This document shows positions 38,732 to 49,560 of a DNA stretch of 64,000 bases, piece after piece. The stretch's first letter is position 1, and every line of letters begins with the position of its first letter. The notes beneath the pieces were generated by a model, which saw only the letters and a list, made by a program, of their open reading frames with translations, had not been told where the DNA came from and did not search any database. The stretch is from Oscillospiraceae bacterium (GTDB taxonomy: Bacteria > Bacillota > Clostridia > Oscillospirales > Oscillospiraceae), in assembly GCA_020025535.1 (NCBI GenBank), contig JAHHRY010000007.1, positions 12,630-76,629 on the forward strand, written 5' to 3'. A program made the translations under genes and the position numbers.

Positions 38732-39433
38732 ATGCACATTGCCGCCATACAGAAAACCACACTGCTGGATTATCCAGGAAAACTGGCGTGTACGGTATTT
38801 TTGCCGGGCTGTAATCTGCGATGCCCTTTCTGCCACAATGCGGGGCTGGTTCTGCCGGAGCAGCTCCGGCAGGAACGGAAAGAAATCACGCAGGAAGAAC
38901 TGCTAGAGTTCCTTTCCCGGAGGAAGGGAAAGCTGGACGGTGTCTGTATTTCAGGCGGGGAGCCTACCCTGTACGACGACCTGCCGGAGCTGATTCGCGC
39001 GGTTCGCAAAATGGGTTTTCTGGTTAAGCTGGACACCAATGGCACCAATCCTCAAATGCTGGAAGCTCTGATGGATGAGAGGCTTCTGGATTACGTGGCC
39101 ATGGACATTAAGAACAGTCCTGAGCGGTACAGGGAAACCTGCGGCGGTGTGGACGTACTGGAGCAGGTACAAAAAAGCGCGGCGCTTCTGATGGCGGGAA
39201 ATGTGGAATACGAGTTCCGCACAACCGTAGCCGGACCGCTGCATACAGTGGAATCCGTTGCCCGGATCGGGCACTGGCTCAGGGGAGCGAAACAGTATTA
39301 CCTCCAGGCCTTTGTGGATTCCGGAAACTTAGTAGGGCAGGGAATCTTCCCTCTGACAGAAACGGAAATACAGGCACTGCGTCAGGCGGTGCTTGCCGAT
39401 ATACCGAATACCCGGATTCGGGGCATCCAGTAA
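38732..39433 (+). CDS. nrdG: Anaerobic ribonucleoside-triphosphate reductase activating protein (radical SAM)
   Basis: 'CNLRCPFCHN' radical-SAM cluster motif. 233 aa. Immediately upstream of nrdD. Confidence 0.9.
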   Translation: MHIAAIQKTTLLDYPGKLACTVFLPGCNLRCPFCHNAGLVLPEQLRQERKEITQEELLEFLSRRKGKLDGVCISGGEPTLYDDLPELIRAVRKMGFLVKLDTNGTNPQMLEALMDERLLDYVAMDIKNSPERYRETCGGVDVLEQVQKSAALLMAGNVEYEFRTTVAGPLHTVESVARIGHWLRGAKQYYLQAFVDSGNLVGQGIFPLTETEIQALRQAVLADIPNTRIRGIQ

Positions 39434-39445
39434 GGAGCGTATCAT

Positions 39446-41530
39446 ATGTATAAAGTAACAAAAAGAGACGGCAGAATTGTGGATTTTGAAATCAACCGAA
39501 TTGCCAGCGCCATTACCAAAGCTTTTGAAGCTACCCAGATTCCCTACAATCCAGATATTATCCATATGCTTTCCCTGCAGGTCACAGCAGACTATGCCGG
39601 CAAGGTGGTGGATGGTGCCATTGCGGTGGAAACTATTCAGGACAGTGTGGAGGCGGTTCTGCAGCGTGCCGGCTATGCCGATGTGGCAAAGGCCTATATC
39701 CTCTACCGAAAGAACCGGGAGAAGCTTCGCTCCATGAGCTCCACCATTCTGGACTATAAGGGACTGGTGGACGGTTACCTGAAGGTTTCCGACTGGCGTG
39801 TCAAGGAAAACTCCACCGTCACCTATTCCGTGGGCGGTCTGATTCTGTCCAATTCCGGCGCAATTACCGCCAATTACTGGCTCAGCGAAATCTACGACGA
39901 GGAAATCGCCAACGCGCACCGGAATGCAGACATCCATATCCACGACCTGTCCATGCTCACTGGCTACTGTGCCGGCTGGAGCCTCAAGCAGTTGATTCTG
40001 GACGGCCTCGGCGGCGTCCCCGGTAAAATCACCTCTGCTCCTGCCAAACATCTGGCAACGCTGTGCAACCAGATGGTCAATTTTTTGGGTATCATGCAGA
40101 ACGAATGGGCAGGCGCACAGGCATTTTCCAGCTTCGACACCTATCTGGCGCCCTTTGTGAAGTCGGATAACCTGTCCTATGAAGAAGTGAAGCACTGCAT
40201 CGAAAGCTTCATTTACGGTGTCAACACCCCCAGCCGCTGGGGTACGCAGGCACCTTTCTCCAACATCACGCTGGACTGGACGGTTCCTGCCGATCTGGCC
40301 AATCAGCCCTGCATCGTCGGCGGCAAGCCCCAGGACTTTACTTACGGCGACTGCAAAAAGGAGATGGATATGGTCAACCGTGCCTTCATCGAAGTTATGA
40401 TCGAGGGCGACGCCAACGGCAGAGGCTTCCAGTATCCCATCCCCACCTACTCCATCACCAAAGATTTCGACTGGAGCGAAACCGAGAACAACAAGCTCCT
40501 GTTTGAAATGACTTCCAAGTACGGTACGCCCTACTTCTCCAACTACATCAATTCCGATATGGAGCCTTCCGATGTGCGGAGTATGTGCTGCCGTCTGCGT
40601 CTTGACCTGCGGGAGCTGCGGAAGAAGAGCGGCGGTTATTTCGGAAGCGGCGAGTCCACCGGTTCCATCGGCGTGGTCACTATCAACCTGCCCCGGATTG
40701 CTTACCTTGCCAAAGATGAGGAGGATTTCTTCCATCGTCTGGACCGGATGATGGACATTGCCGCCCGCAGCCTGAAAATCAAACGTACCACCGTGGAAAA
40801 GCTGCTGGAAGAGGGACTGTATCCTTATACCAAACGGTACCTGGGCGGCTTCGGCAATCACTTCTCTACCATCGGCATTGTGGGCATGAACGAGGCGGGA
40901 CTGAACGCCAAGTGGATCGGCAAGGACCTGACCCACAGAGAAACCCAGGATTTTGCAGTGCGTGTGCTGAACCACATGAGAGAGCGGCTGTCCGATTATC
41001 AGGAAGAGTACGAGGACCTGTACAATCTGGAGGCAACGCCTGCCGAATCCACGGCTTACCGTCTTGCCAAGCACGACAAGAAGCACTATCCCGACATCAT
41101 CACCGCCCATGAGGGGGCGACTCCCTACTATACAAACTCCTCGCATCTGCCGGTCGGCTATACGGATGATGTGTTTGAGGCACTGGATATTCAGGACAGA
41201 CTCCAGACCCTTTACACCAGCGGAACGGTGTTCCACACCTTCCTGGGTGAAAAACTGCCTGACTGGAAGGCGGCTGCAGCTCTGGTACGGAAGATTGCCG
41301 AGAACTACGAGCTGCCCTACTACACCCTGTCTCCTACCTATTCCGTGTGCGTGGATCACGGTTATCTCAGCGGCGAGCAGTATACCTGCCCCCATTGCGG
41401 TAAGAAAACTGAGGTTTACAGCCGTATTACCGGCTATTACCGCCCGATCCAGAACTGGAACGACGGCAAGGCACAGGAGTACAAGGACCGCAGGAACTAT
41501 CTGGCTCAGCCGGTGGAAACCTGCATTTAA
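39446..41530 (+). CDS. nrdD: Anaerobic ribonucleoside-triphosphate reductase (class III RNR)
   Basis: N-terminal ATP-cone ('VTKRDGRIVDFEINRI'), C-terminal glycyl-radical region and CxxC...CxxC. Confidence 0.9.
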   Translation: MYKVTKRDGRIVDFEINRIASAITKAFEATQIPYNPDIIHMLSLQVTADYAGKVVDGAIAVETIQDSVEAVLQRAGYADVAKAYILYRKNREKLRSMSSTILDYKGLVDGYLKVSDWRVKENSTVTYSVGGLILSNSGAITANYWLSEIYDEEIANAHRNADIHIHDLSMLTGYCAGWSLKQLILDGLGGVPGKITSAPAKHLATLCNQMVNFLGIMQNEWAGAQAFSSFDTYLAPFVKSDNLSYEEVKHCIESFIYGVNTPSRWGTQAPFSNITLDWTVPADLANQPCIVGGKPQDFTYGDCKKEMDMVNRAFIEVMIEGDANGRGFQYPIPTYSITKDFDWSETENNKLLFEMTSKYGTPYFSNYINSDMEPSDVRSMCCRLRLDLRELRKKSGGYFGSGESTGSIGVVTINLPRIAYLAKDEEDFFHRLDRMMDIAARSLKIKRTTVEKLLEEGLYPYTKRYLGGFGNHFSTIGIVGMNEAGLNAKWIGKDLTHRETQDFAVRVLNHMRERLSDYQEEYEDLYNLEATPAESTAYRLAKHDKKHYPDIITAHEGATPYYTNSSHLPVGYTDDVFEALDIQDRLQTLYTSGTVFHTFLGEKLPDWKAAAALVRKIAENYELPYYTLSPTYSVCVDHGYLSGEQYTCPHCGKKTEVYSRITGYYRPIQNWNDGKAQEYKDRRNYLAQPVETCI

Positions 41531-41541
41531 CGGATAACAGA

Positions 41542-41585
41542 ACAGGCCCTCTGCGATTGTTCGGCAGAGGGCCTGTGTTTTTTCT
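41542..41585. terminator. Bidirectional intrinsic terminator
   Basis: acaggccctctgc-(loop)-gcagagggcctgt followed by ttttttc. Confidence 0.7.
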
Positions 41586-41611
41586 GGCGCGAAAAACCCG
41601 GCAGAGTTTCT

Positions 41612-42271
41612 TTATTTTGTCTGTTTGCGGCCGGGGAGCTTGATCTTCTGCATAAGGCCGATGATCTGCCCGGACAGAATAACGGTCAGCAGGGAATAGA
41701 GAATCCGATTGAGGGGAATGTAGCTGAGGGAAAGCAGCAGCACGATCAGATCGCTGAACAGATAGATCCACTGGATATCAATGTGGGAAATTTTGGAAAT
41801 ACTCATGGAAAGTGCATCATCTCCGGTGGGGGCACCGCCTATACGCACACACAGACCTGCGCTGACACCTACAAACAGCGCTCCTACCACGGAGGCCAGC
41901 AGGGGCTTATTCGCTATAGCGGGGAACAGCGGATTGAACTGCTCGAAGATTCCGTAAAATGCGGAAAAGCCCACGGTTGCAACGGTAGAATAAATAACAA
42001 ACCGTTTGCCCAACAGCTTCCAGCCGAGAACATAGCAAGCAATATTCAGCAGGAAACCGGAAACAGAGGGAGAAATCTGAAACCAGTGATCCAGCAGAAG
42101 GGTAAGACCCAATACGCCTCCTTCTGTGACAACGGATTGCGCATGTATATTATAAAGACCGAAGGCCAGCAGGGCACTTCCGAACAAAGCAATCAGGCAG
42201 GAGGATAGACGGATACCCTCAAATAGGGATGATATCTTGTTGGCAATGGTTTGCTTCAGACTGAGAAACAT
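41612..42271 (-). CDS. YitT/DUF161-like polytopic membrane protein
   Basis: Hydrophobic with a 'GGAPTGDDAL' motif reminiscent of DUF161. Confidence 0.5.
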   Translation of the reverse strand: MFLSLKQTIANKISSLFEGIRLSSCLIALFGSALLAFGLYNIHAQSVVTEGGVLGLTLLLDHWFQISPSVSGFLLNIACYVLGWKLLGKRFVIYSTVATVGFSAFYGIFEQFNPLFPAIANKPLLASVVGALFVGVSAGLCVRIGGAPTGDDALSMSISKISHIDIQWIYLFSDLIVLLLSLSYIPLNRILYSLLTVILSGQIIGLMQKIKLPGRKQTK

Positions 42272-42368
42272 AGGCTTGACTTCCTTTCATATCAAATCAA
42301 AAATAGTAATTGTATTTATAGTATAAACTCTGGTATAATACTAGAGTCAAGAGGGGAGGAAGGCTTTT

Positions 42369-43175
42369 ATGGAAAAATACTTCAAAATCGGTGAAATATC
42401 TCGCCTATATCACATTGGTGTGGATTCATTAAGATACTATGAGGAAATTGGCGTAATTGTGCCGCACCGCGCGGAGAGTGGATACCGCCTGTACAGCATC
42501 CATGACATTTGGCGGCTGAATGTGATCCGGGAACTGCGGGAATTAAATTTCAGCATGGAGGAGATCAAGAGGTATTTGAACTGCCACACGGTAGACTCCA
42601 CCCTCCATTTGCTTGAGCAGGAGCAGGATAAAATCTGTGCCAAGCTGCAGATGCTGATGGAGCTGCAGACCAATGTCCAGCAAAGAATGCAGACCATTCG
42701 CTCGGCGCTGGAGTGTCCAATGCATCAGATTACGGTAAAAAACTATTCGGTGCGTCATTGCTTTTCCATTTCAGAAGGATATACCAACGAGGATGAAATG
42801 GACGTGCTGATCAAGCGGCTGCTGAATATCGATCAGGAGCGCTTTTATGTGATTGGAAACAATCAGATCGGCACGGTCATTTCTCTGGAGAAAGCGCAAA
42901 GCAATGGAGCGGTGCAATATCAGTCCGTATTTATCATGGACGAGCACGGCAGGGATGCGCTGCCGGGAGGACTGTATTTATCCGTCAGCTATCGGGGACG
43001 TTACGATCAGAGCGCAGAGTGGATTCAGGCACTGCTCAGTTATGCCGGAGAACATCATCTGAAACCGACAGGGGATCTCCTGGAAATCCTGTGGGTGGAT
43101 ATCCATACCACTTCGGACGTTCAGGAACGCATTACGGAGCTGCAGCTGCCGGTGGAGAAGAATGCTTGCATTTAG
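42369..43175 (+). CDS. MerR-family transcriptional regulator with GyrI-like effector domain (BmrR-type)
   Basis: N-terminal MerR HTH ('IGEISRLYHIGVDSLRYYEEIGV') and a long C-terminal domain. Confidence 0.8.
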   Translation: MEKYFKIGEISRLYHIGVDSLRYYEEIGVIVPHRAESGYRLYSIHDIWRLNVIRELRELNFSMEEIKRYLNCHTVDSTLHLLEQEQDKICAKLQMLMELQTNVQQRMQTIRSALECPMHQITVKNYSVRHCFSISEGYTNEDEMDVLIKRLLNIDQERFYVIGNNQIGTVISLEKAQSNGAVQYQSVFIMDEHGRDALPGGLYLSVSYRGRYDQSAEWIQALLSYAGEHHLKPTGDLLEILWVDIHTTSDVQERITELQLPVEKNACI

Positions 43176-43219
43176 CTGACGGGTATGCTAAGCTGTACTT
43201 TTAGATACGGAGGGATTCT

Positions 43220-43654
43220 ATGGCTACGTTGACAGAGCTGCAGAAAATTTATGATCAATATGCGGAGGACGTGCGTCAGGTGCGGCAGAAAGCCTCCTGT
43301 TTTGCGGGGTTGTTCGGCATGGGAGACGATCCCAGAAAGCACCCCTGCCACGAGGCGTTTTATGAGGCTGTAGGGCATTGGGTGGAGGCATTTGTGCAGA
43401 CCGGCCCTGCGCCCGAGGATGTGTCGGCGGCTGTGAGGTACATTCTGGAAGCGGCGGTGCTTCACTGGGAGGAAGAAAGCTGCTGGTATATGTACGCTGC
43501 CCAGAAGCACGCGGAAGCCCTGATTCCCATGCTGTCCCGGCAGACCTGCGGAGAGCTTCGGGAACGGTATGAACAGTGGTATCCGCCGATTGAAAGAATG
43601 CCCGTGCAAACGAAGATTTACCGTATGCTGTGCAAGGGCGCAAGAAGTAAATAA
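43220..43654 (+). CDS. Hypothetical protein
   Basis: GGAGGG RBS. 144 aa. Terminator downstream. Confidence 0.5.
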   Translation: MATLTELQKIYDQYAEDVRQVRQKASCFAGLFGMGDDPRKHPCHEAFYEAVGHWVEAFVQTGPAPEDVSAAVRYILEAAVLHWEEESCWYMYAAQKHAEALIPMLSRQTCGELRERYEQWYPPIERMPVQTKIYRMLCKGARSK

Positions 43655-43667
43655 GTAACAGAGTATA

Positions 43668-43700
43668 ATCAGGCCGGCTGGAAGCCGGCCTGATTTCTTT
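43668..43700 (+). terminator. Intrinsic terminator
   Basis: atcaggccggc-tggaa-gccggcctgat followed by ttcttt. Confidence 0.65.
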
Positions 43701-44037
43701 ATGGGGATGCCCGGATTTTTCCGGCAAAAATCCGGGTTTGTTCTGTGCAGGTCGAACAAAATGCAAATCCAAATCTGGGAGAAAATGAAAGCAGTGATTC
43801 AATAGTACAAAATAGTCTAATGAGAAACCAAATTTCACTTGTATCCTTTGCTGCATCTGTTTAGCTGGTTTTGTCTGAATGAACGAATCATCTTGCATAA
43901 TTCAGAGAGACCTTGACATAGATAATTTAGTGTTGTAGCATATAACTATGTTGTGGCACACCACAGCTGAATGCGCGGCTGGTTGACCGCCAAACACGGA
44001 CGTATGTCCGCATATAAAGTGAAGGGAGAAAACACAA

Positions 44038-45159
44038 ATGAAAAAAATCTTGGCCATGGTTATGGCAGTAGTGATGGTTCTTTCTCTCGCTGCCTGCGCT
44101 GGCAACGGCGACAAGAAGGACGACGGCAAGAAGACTGTCGGTATCTCTATGCCCACCAAATCTCTGGAGCGCTGGAATCGTGACGGCTCCTACCTGAAGG
44201 AAGAGTTTGAGAAGGCTGGCTACAATGTTGAGCTGACCTACTCCGACAACAATGTTACCCAGCAGAACAACGATATCGACAACCTGGTTGCAAAGGAAGT
44301 CGACCTGCTGATCGTCGCTGCTATCGACGGCGAGGCTCTGACTCAGACCCTGAAGAACGCTAAGGAAAACGGCATCCCCGTTATCGCTTACGACCGTCTG
44401 ATCATGAACACCAATGCAATTTCTTACTATGTTTCTTTCGATAACTACAGCGTCGGCAAGCTGCAGGGCGAGTACATTGAGAAGGCTCTGGACCTGAAGA
44501 ATGCAGGAAGCAATGTTTACAACATCGAGTTCACTGCCGGCGACCCCGCTGACAACAATGCTCGTTTCTTCTTCAACGGCGCTTTCGACGTGCTGAAGCC
44601 CTACATCGATGCAGGCACCCTGAAGGTTGTTTCCGGCCAGACCGAGTTTGAGAAGGTTGCTACCGCTCAGTGGAACACCGACAAGGCTCTGGATCGTATG
44701 GAGAACCTCCTGGCTTCCTACTACTCCAACGGCACTGTCCTGCACGCAGTTGTCTGCTCCAATGACTCCACCGCTATGGGCGTTTCTCAGGCTATCAGCT
44801 CCAGCTATCATGGCGGCAATGTTCCTTTCATCACCGGCCAGGACGGCGACGTTGCCAACCTGCGTAACATTGTCGACGGCAAGCAGAGCATGACCGTTTA
44901 CAAGAACGTTGCTCACGAAGCCGTTGTCACTCTGGCACTGTCCAAGGATATCCTGGACGGCAAGAAGCCCGCTGCTGAGCTGGCTGAGAGCCAGGAGATC
45001 GAGTGCACTTACGACGTTGAGTCCTACAACAACGGCACCGGCATCATTCCTTCTTACCTGCTGGTTCCCTCCGTTGTTACCAAGGACAACCTGCAGGATC
45101 TGGTTGAGACCGGCCTGTATGCATGGGAAGGCGACTACCTGGTTTCCACTGCAAAATAA
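44038..45159 (+). CDS. Sugar ABC transporter substrate-binding lipoprotein (ChvE/XylF-like, multiple-sugar binding)
   Basis: Lipoprotein signal 'LSLAACAG'. Periplasmic-binding-protein type I fold motifs. Confidence 0.85.
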   Translation: MKKILAMVMAVVMVLSLAACAGNGDKKDDGKKTVGISMPTKSLERWNRDGSYLKEEFEKAGYNVELTYSDNNVTQQNNDIDNLVAKEVDLLIVAAIDGEALTQTLKNAKENGIPVIAYDRLIMNTNAISYYVSFDNYSVGKLQGEYIEKALDLKNAGSNVYNIEFTAGDPADNNARFFFNGAFDVLKPYIDAGTLKVVSGQTEFEKVATAQWNTDKALDRMENLLASYYSNGTVLHAVVCSNDSTAMGVSQAISSSYHGGNVPFITGQDGDVANLRNIVDGKQSMTVYKNVAHEAVVTLALSKDILDGKKPAAELAESQEIECTYDVESYNNGTGIIPSYLLVPSVVTKDNLQDLVETGLYAWEGDYLVSTAK

Positions 45160-45343
45160 TTTATTCCAGCAAAGTATTTTCGCTCAATCCGGGGGGGCGG
45201 GGATTCCCCGCCCCCTAAATTAATACCATTTTTTCGTGTAATACGTATTTATGAGGAGAGAAACAGGCAGTAACTTCTCATGACCAAAGTGAAATCCGCC
45301 GACAACAGAAAAATGTCGGGCGGAAAAGAGGAGGTCACGCAAT

Positions 45344-46876
45344 TTGGCTGATAATATCCTTGTGATGAAAAATATCACAAAAGAATTCCCGGGCGTTAAA
45401 GCCCTGAACGATGTGAATATCGAGGTCGCCAGAGGTGAAATTCATGCTCTGGTCGGCGAAAACGGCGCCGGTAAGTCCACCTTGATGAATGTACTCAGCG
45501 GTATCTATCCCTACGGAAGTTATACGGGAGATATCATCTATGATGGTGAGGTCTGCCGGTTTAAAACTCTGAAGGACAGCGAGAAAAAAGGCATTGTCAT
45601 CATCCATCAGGAGCTGGCACTGATTCCGGAACTGTCCATCGGAGAAAATATGTTCTTGGGCAACGAGCGTCGCGGCAAGTTCGGCATCGACTGGGAGCGG
45701 ACTTACTACGAAGCAGAGCAGCATATGCGTCAGGTGGGCCTGAAAGAGTCTGCCACTACCCTGATCAAAGATATCGGTACCGGCAAGCAGCAGCTGGTGG
45801 AAATCGCAAAGGCCCTGTCCAAAAATGTAAAGCTGCTGATTCTGGACGAGCCTACATCTTCCCTGAACGAGTCCGACTCCAGAATGCTGCTGGACTTGCT
45901 GCTGGAGTTTAAGAAGCAGGGTATGACATCCATTATTATTTCCCATAAGCTTAATGAAATCTCCTACGTTGCCGACCGGATCACGGTGGTGCGTGACGGC
46001 TCCACCATCGAAACCATCGACAACGCAAATCACGACATCGATGAAGACCGGATCATCCGGGGCATGGTTGGCCGTGAGCTGTCCGACCGTTATCCTGAGC
46101 GTGAGCACAATATCAGCGAGGAAGTCGGACTGGAAGTCCGGCACTGGAATGTGCATCACCCGATCTATGCGGAGAAAAAGGTGGTCAACGATGTGTCCTT
46201 CTGCGTACACAAAGGAGAGATCGTCGGCTTCTCCGGACTGCAGGGCGCAGGCCGCACAGAGCTGGCAATGTCCATCTTCGGCCGCAGTTACGGCACCAAC
46301 ATCAGCGGTGAAGTGCTGGTGAACGGCAAGAGCGTAAAGCTGCGCAACGCAAGAGAAGCCATCGAAGCCGGTATCGCCTACGTTACCGAGGACCGGAAGG
46401 GCAATGGCCTGGTTCTGAAGGATTCCATTGCCATCAACACCACGATGGCCCGTATGGAAAAGATTTGCGGACACGGCATCGTCAACAAGGATAAGGAAAC
46501 AGCTGCCGCGGAAGATTACTGCGAGAAGCTGCACACCAAGACCCCCAGCGTTCATCAGGCTGTCGGCAATCTGTCCGGCGGCAACCAGCAGAAGGTTCTG
46601 CTGGCAAAGTGGATGTTCGCTGACCCTGATGTCCTGATTCTGGATGAGCCGACCCGAGGCATCGACGTCGGCGCAAAGTATGAAATATATTGCATTATGA
46701 ACGACCTGGTCAAGCAGGGTAAATCCGTGGTAATGATTTCTTCCGAAATGCCCGAAATTCTGGGTATGTGCGACCGTGTCTACGTTATGAACGAAGGCAG
46801 CATGGTTGCAGAAATGGATGCTGCCGAGGCAACCCAGGAGAAGATCATGTCCGCAATTCTGAAATCCAGTAATTGA
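45344..46876 (+). CDS. Sugar ABC transporter ATP-binding protein (duplicated ABC domains, GguA/MglA/XylG-type)
   Basis: Two Walker A sites ('GENGAGKST' and 'GLQGAGRTEL') and ABC signature motifs ('LSGGNQQKV'). Confidence 0.9.
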   Translation: MADNILVMKNITKEFPGVKALNDVNIEVARGEIHALVGENGAGKSTLMNVLSGIYPYGSYTGDIIYDGEVCRFKTLKDSEKKGIVIIHQELALIPELSIGENMFLGNERRGKFGIDWERTYYEAEQHMRQVGLKESATTLIKDIGTGKQQLVEIAKALSKNVKLLILDEPTSSLNESDSRMLLDLLLEFKKQGMTSIIISHKLNEISYVADRITVVRDGSTIETIDNANHDIDEDRIIRGMVGRELSDRYPEREHNISEEVGLEVRHWNVHHPIYAEKKVVNDVSFCVHKGEIVGFSGLQGAGRTELAMSIFGRSYGTNISGEVLVNGKSVKLRNAREAIEAGIAYVTEDRKGNGLVLKDSIAINTTMARMEKICGHGIVNKDKETAAAEDYCEKLHTKTPSVHQAVGNLSGGNQQKVLLAKWMFADPDVLILDEPTRGIDVGAKYEIYCIMNDLVKQGKSVVMISSEMPEILGMCDRVYVMNEGSMVAEMDAAEATQEKIMSAILKSSN

Positions 46877-46896
46877 TTGCGAAGGAGTTATATAGA

Positions 46897-48114
46897 ATGA
46901 AAGCTAAAAATAATGATTTGGCCGCTTCCGGGTCCAAACTCAGTGCCGGTAAATTCACCGGACTGATTAAAAAGTATACGATGGTCATTGCACTGGTCGT
47001 TGTCTTTATCCTGTTTGCAGTGCTGACCGAGGGCCGTATCCTGCATTCCCAGAATATGTCCAACCTGCTGCTGCAGAACGCATACGTTCTGGTTATGGCC
47101 TGCGGTATGCTGCTGTGTATTCTGACCGGCGGTAACGTTGACCTGTCCGTAGGCGCAACCGTATGTCTGATCGGCGCCGTCGGCGCACAGCTGATGGGCA
47201 AGAGCGGCCTGGGCGCCGTCCCCACCATCCTGATCTGCCTGCTGATTTCCACTGTGATCGGCGTGTGGCAGGGCTTCTGGATCGGCTATGTCCATATTCC
47301 TCCCTTTATCTGCACACTGGCCGGTATGTTCCTGTTCCGTGGCCTGGGCCGTGTTATTCTGGAATCCAAGACCGTGCCTATCCTGAACGAGCAGTTCTTG
47401 GACATCTTCGCTTCCTACATCAAGATCCCCGGCCTCGACACCGGTGATTCCGGAATGGTCTGGTCGGCACTGATTGCAGGTATCGCGGTGGCGGTAATCC
47501 TGCTGGTTTATACCATCATCAGCCGTCAGGTAAAGATTAAGAAGGGCTTCAAAGTCCCCGCAGCTGCTCCTACTTATGCCAAGATCGCTGTGATTGACGC
47601 ACTGATCATCTTCTACGCTTGGAAGCTGGCAGACTACAAGGGCATCCCCTATATGCTGCTGTGGGTTCTGGCTGTCATCTTCCTGTACGCTTTCATTACT
47701 TCCAAGACCGCTTTCGGCCGTCACTTCTATGCTGTCGGCGGCAACGAAAAGGCTACCAAGCTGTCCGGTATCAATACCAATAAGGTTTACTTCATGGCCT
47801 ACACTTCCATGTCCATTCTGGCCGGCCTGTCCGGTCTGCTGATGGCTGCCCGTGTCGGCTCTGTCAACGGCGACTCCGGTATGTCCTATGAGATGGAAGC
47901 AATCGGCTCCTGCTTCATCGGCGGTGCTTCCGCTTACGGCGGATCCGGTACCGTTTCCGGCATCGTCATCGGCGCTATCCTGCTGGGCGTTATCAACCAG
48001 GGTATGTCCATCTATGGCCTGGACAACAACTGGCAGTATGTGGTTAAGGGCGCTGTCCTGCTGATTGCCGTTATCTTCGACGTGGTTTCCAACCGCAAGA
48101 CCGGCAAGGCTTAA
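46897..48114 (+). CDS. Sugar ABC transporter permease (GguB/MglC-type)
   Basis: Polytopic membrane protein. AAGGAG RBS before MKAKNN. The ORF track frame starts 8 codons upstream. Confidence 0.85.
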   Translation: MKAKNNDLAASGSKLSAGKFTGLIKKYTMVIALVVVFILFAVLTEGRILHSQNMSNLLLQNAYVLVMACGMLLCILTGGNVDLSVGATVCLIGAVGAQLMGKSGLGAVPTILICLLISTVIGVWQGFWIGYVHIPPFICTLAGMFLFRGLGRVILESKTVPILNEQFLDIFASYIKIPGLDTGDSGMVWSALIAGIAVAVILLVYTIISRQVKIKKGFKVPAAAPTYAKIAVIDALIIFYAWKLADYKGIPYMLLWVLAVIFLYAFITSKTAFGRHFYAVGGNEKATKLSGINTNKVYFMAYTSMSILAGLSGLLMAARVGSVNGDSGMSYEMEAIGSCFIGGASAYGGSGTVSGIVIGAILLGVINQGMSIYGLDNNWQYVVKGAVLLIAVIFDVVSNRKTGKA

Positions 48115-48174
48115 TTCGATTTGATTTATAAGGGGCTTGCCTTTACGGCAGCCCCTATTCTAAGAGGTAATCCC

Positions 48175-48453
48175 ATGGACCAGGAAAACAAGAATCCCCT
48201 GAAAATGAAACTGCCCAAAGGAAATCCGACCCACGCCACACTGATGGCACTGGTGGGCGCCTACCTGATCTATATGGCCTATCAGATGCTGCGCAATACG
48301 CTGAACGGCAATTCCACAATGTCTCTGACAGTGACGTGCATTGTGGGAGGCCTGATGGCGCTGATCGGACTGGGGGTAATCGGTTATGGTATCGCTATAT
48401 ATGTGAGCTACCGGAAACGGATGAAAGAGAAAACTTCGGACGAAGAAATCTGA
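48175..48453 (+). CDS. Small membrane protein
   Basis: AAGAGG RBS. Two predicted TM helices. Follows the permease. Confidence 0.4.
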   Translation: MDQENKNPLKMKLPKGNPTHATLMALVGAYLIYMAYQMLRNTLNGNSTMSLTVTCIVGGLMALIGLGVIGYGIAIYVSYRKRMKEKTSDEEI

Positions 48454-48526
48454 CCGCTGACAAACAGCCGTCGGAAGATCCTTCGGCAGAAAAAACGACC
48501 GCGCCCGAAGGCGCAGCCGTTCAATA

Positions 48527-49465
48527 TCAGGATTCGGAATCAATCTGATTTTTAAATTCCTGCAGCAGCTGCAGGCTCCTTCCCCGGGTGTGGATCTGCT
48601 CCAGAGAATGAATGCTGTGGTGTACATGCGTCTCTTCGGGAACAAAGTGAACAGCTTGCTGGCTGTACTCCGCAGGCGTCATGCCGAAGGTGTCCTGGAA
48701 GGCCCGGGAGAAATACCGGTAGTCGGAAAAGCCCGACTCCATGCTGATATTGACCATCGAACGGTTGCCGGCAGCAATCAGCTTGCGGGCACAGTTGAAC
48801 CGGACCGTATTGACGTAGTCCTGAAAGGTCATGTTCAGTGCTTCCTTCACAAAATGAGAAATGTAGCTGACTGAGCAGCCTTCCTGCTGTGCAAAGTCAG
48901 AAAGACGAATTTTCTGCATATAGTGTTCGTCCACAAACTGAATCAGACGCATCAGCCGGGCGTTTTTGCGATCCGTGTTTTCCGCCTCTTCCGCAGAGAG
49001 AATGCGGTAGGGCAGATTTGTCAGCAGGTGATGCAGCATCAGGCCGCATTTTCCCAGACAGTAAAGATCGTAGAAATCCGTCCGATAGAGATAGGCAGAG
49101 GCAACTTTCAGCATGGTTTTTTTCAGCCAGAGAGTATTTTCTTTTGAAAGTTTCCCGTCCAGACAGATGTCTTCGGTCTGGATGTTCACCGTGGAGCCCA
49201 GCGCCTGAGAGGAGATCTGCAGGCACAGAAAGGTACAGTCCTGCTGTACTTTGTGAAATTCATGGGCTGAATTGGGGGAGAAGAGGACGAGTCCTCCCGG
49301 CTGCACCACATACTGTTTTTGCCGGCAGGTGACGGCCAGAGGTGCATTCAGCACCCAGATAAGTTCCCATTCCGGATGGAAGTGGGGCGTGCGGTAGTTG
49401 ACGGTATTGACAAAAACACGAAGTCCGTTGACTTCCCGGTCCTGAATGATCTCCAGTTCTTCCAC
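48527..49465 (-). CDS. AraC-family transcriptional regulator (cupin + HTH)
   Basis: C-terminal AraC HTH ('SYISHFVKEALNMTFQDYVNTVRF'). Confidence 0.85.
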   Translation of the reverse strand: MEELEIIQDREVNGLRVFVNTVNYRTPHFHPEWELIWVLNAPLAVTCRQKQYVVQPGGLVLFSPNSAHEFHKVQQDCTFLCLQISSQALGSTVNIQTEDICLDGKLSKENTLWLKKTMLKVASAYLYRTDFYDLYCLGKCGLMLHHLLTNLPYRILSAEEAENTDRKNARLMRLIQFVDEHYMQKIRLSDFAQQEGCSVSYISHFVKEALNMTFQDYVNTVRFNCARKLIAAGNRSMVNISMESGFSDYRYFSRAFQDTFGMTPAEYSQQAVHFVPEETHVHHSIHSLEQIHTRGRSLQLLQEFKNQIDSES

Positions 49466-49560
49466 TGACAGACACCTCCATTGTAATTTTTTACTATCCT
49501 AACAGAATTATGCAAAAAAATCAAGAAAATTGAGAACAAACCATACAGGGAGTGATATAT

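Noticed and set aside
39329-41395. 688-aa minus-strand ORF across nrdD
   Set aside because: Antisense to the unmistakable nrdD CDS.
45335-46555. Long minus-strand ORF across the ABC ATPase gene
   Set aside because: Antisense to a gene with Walker and signature motifs.
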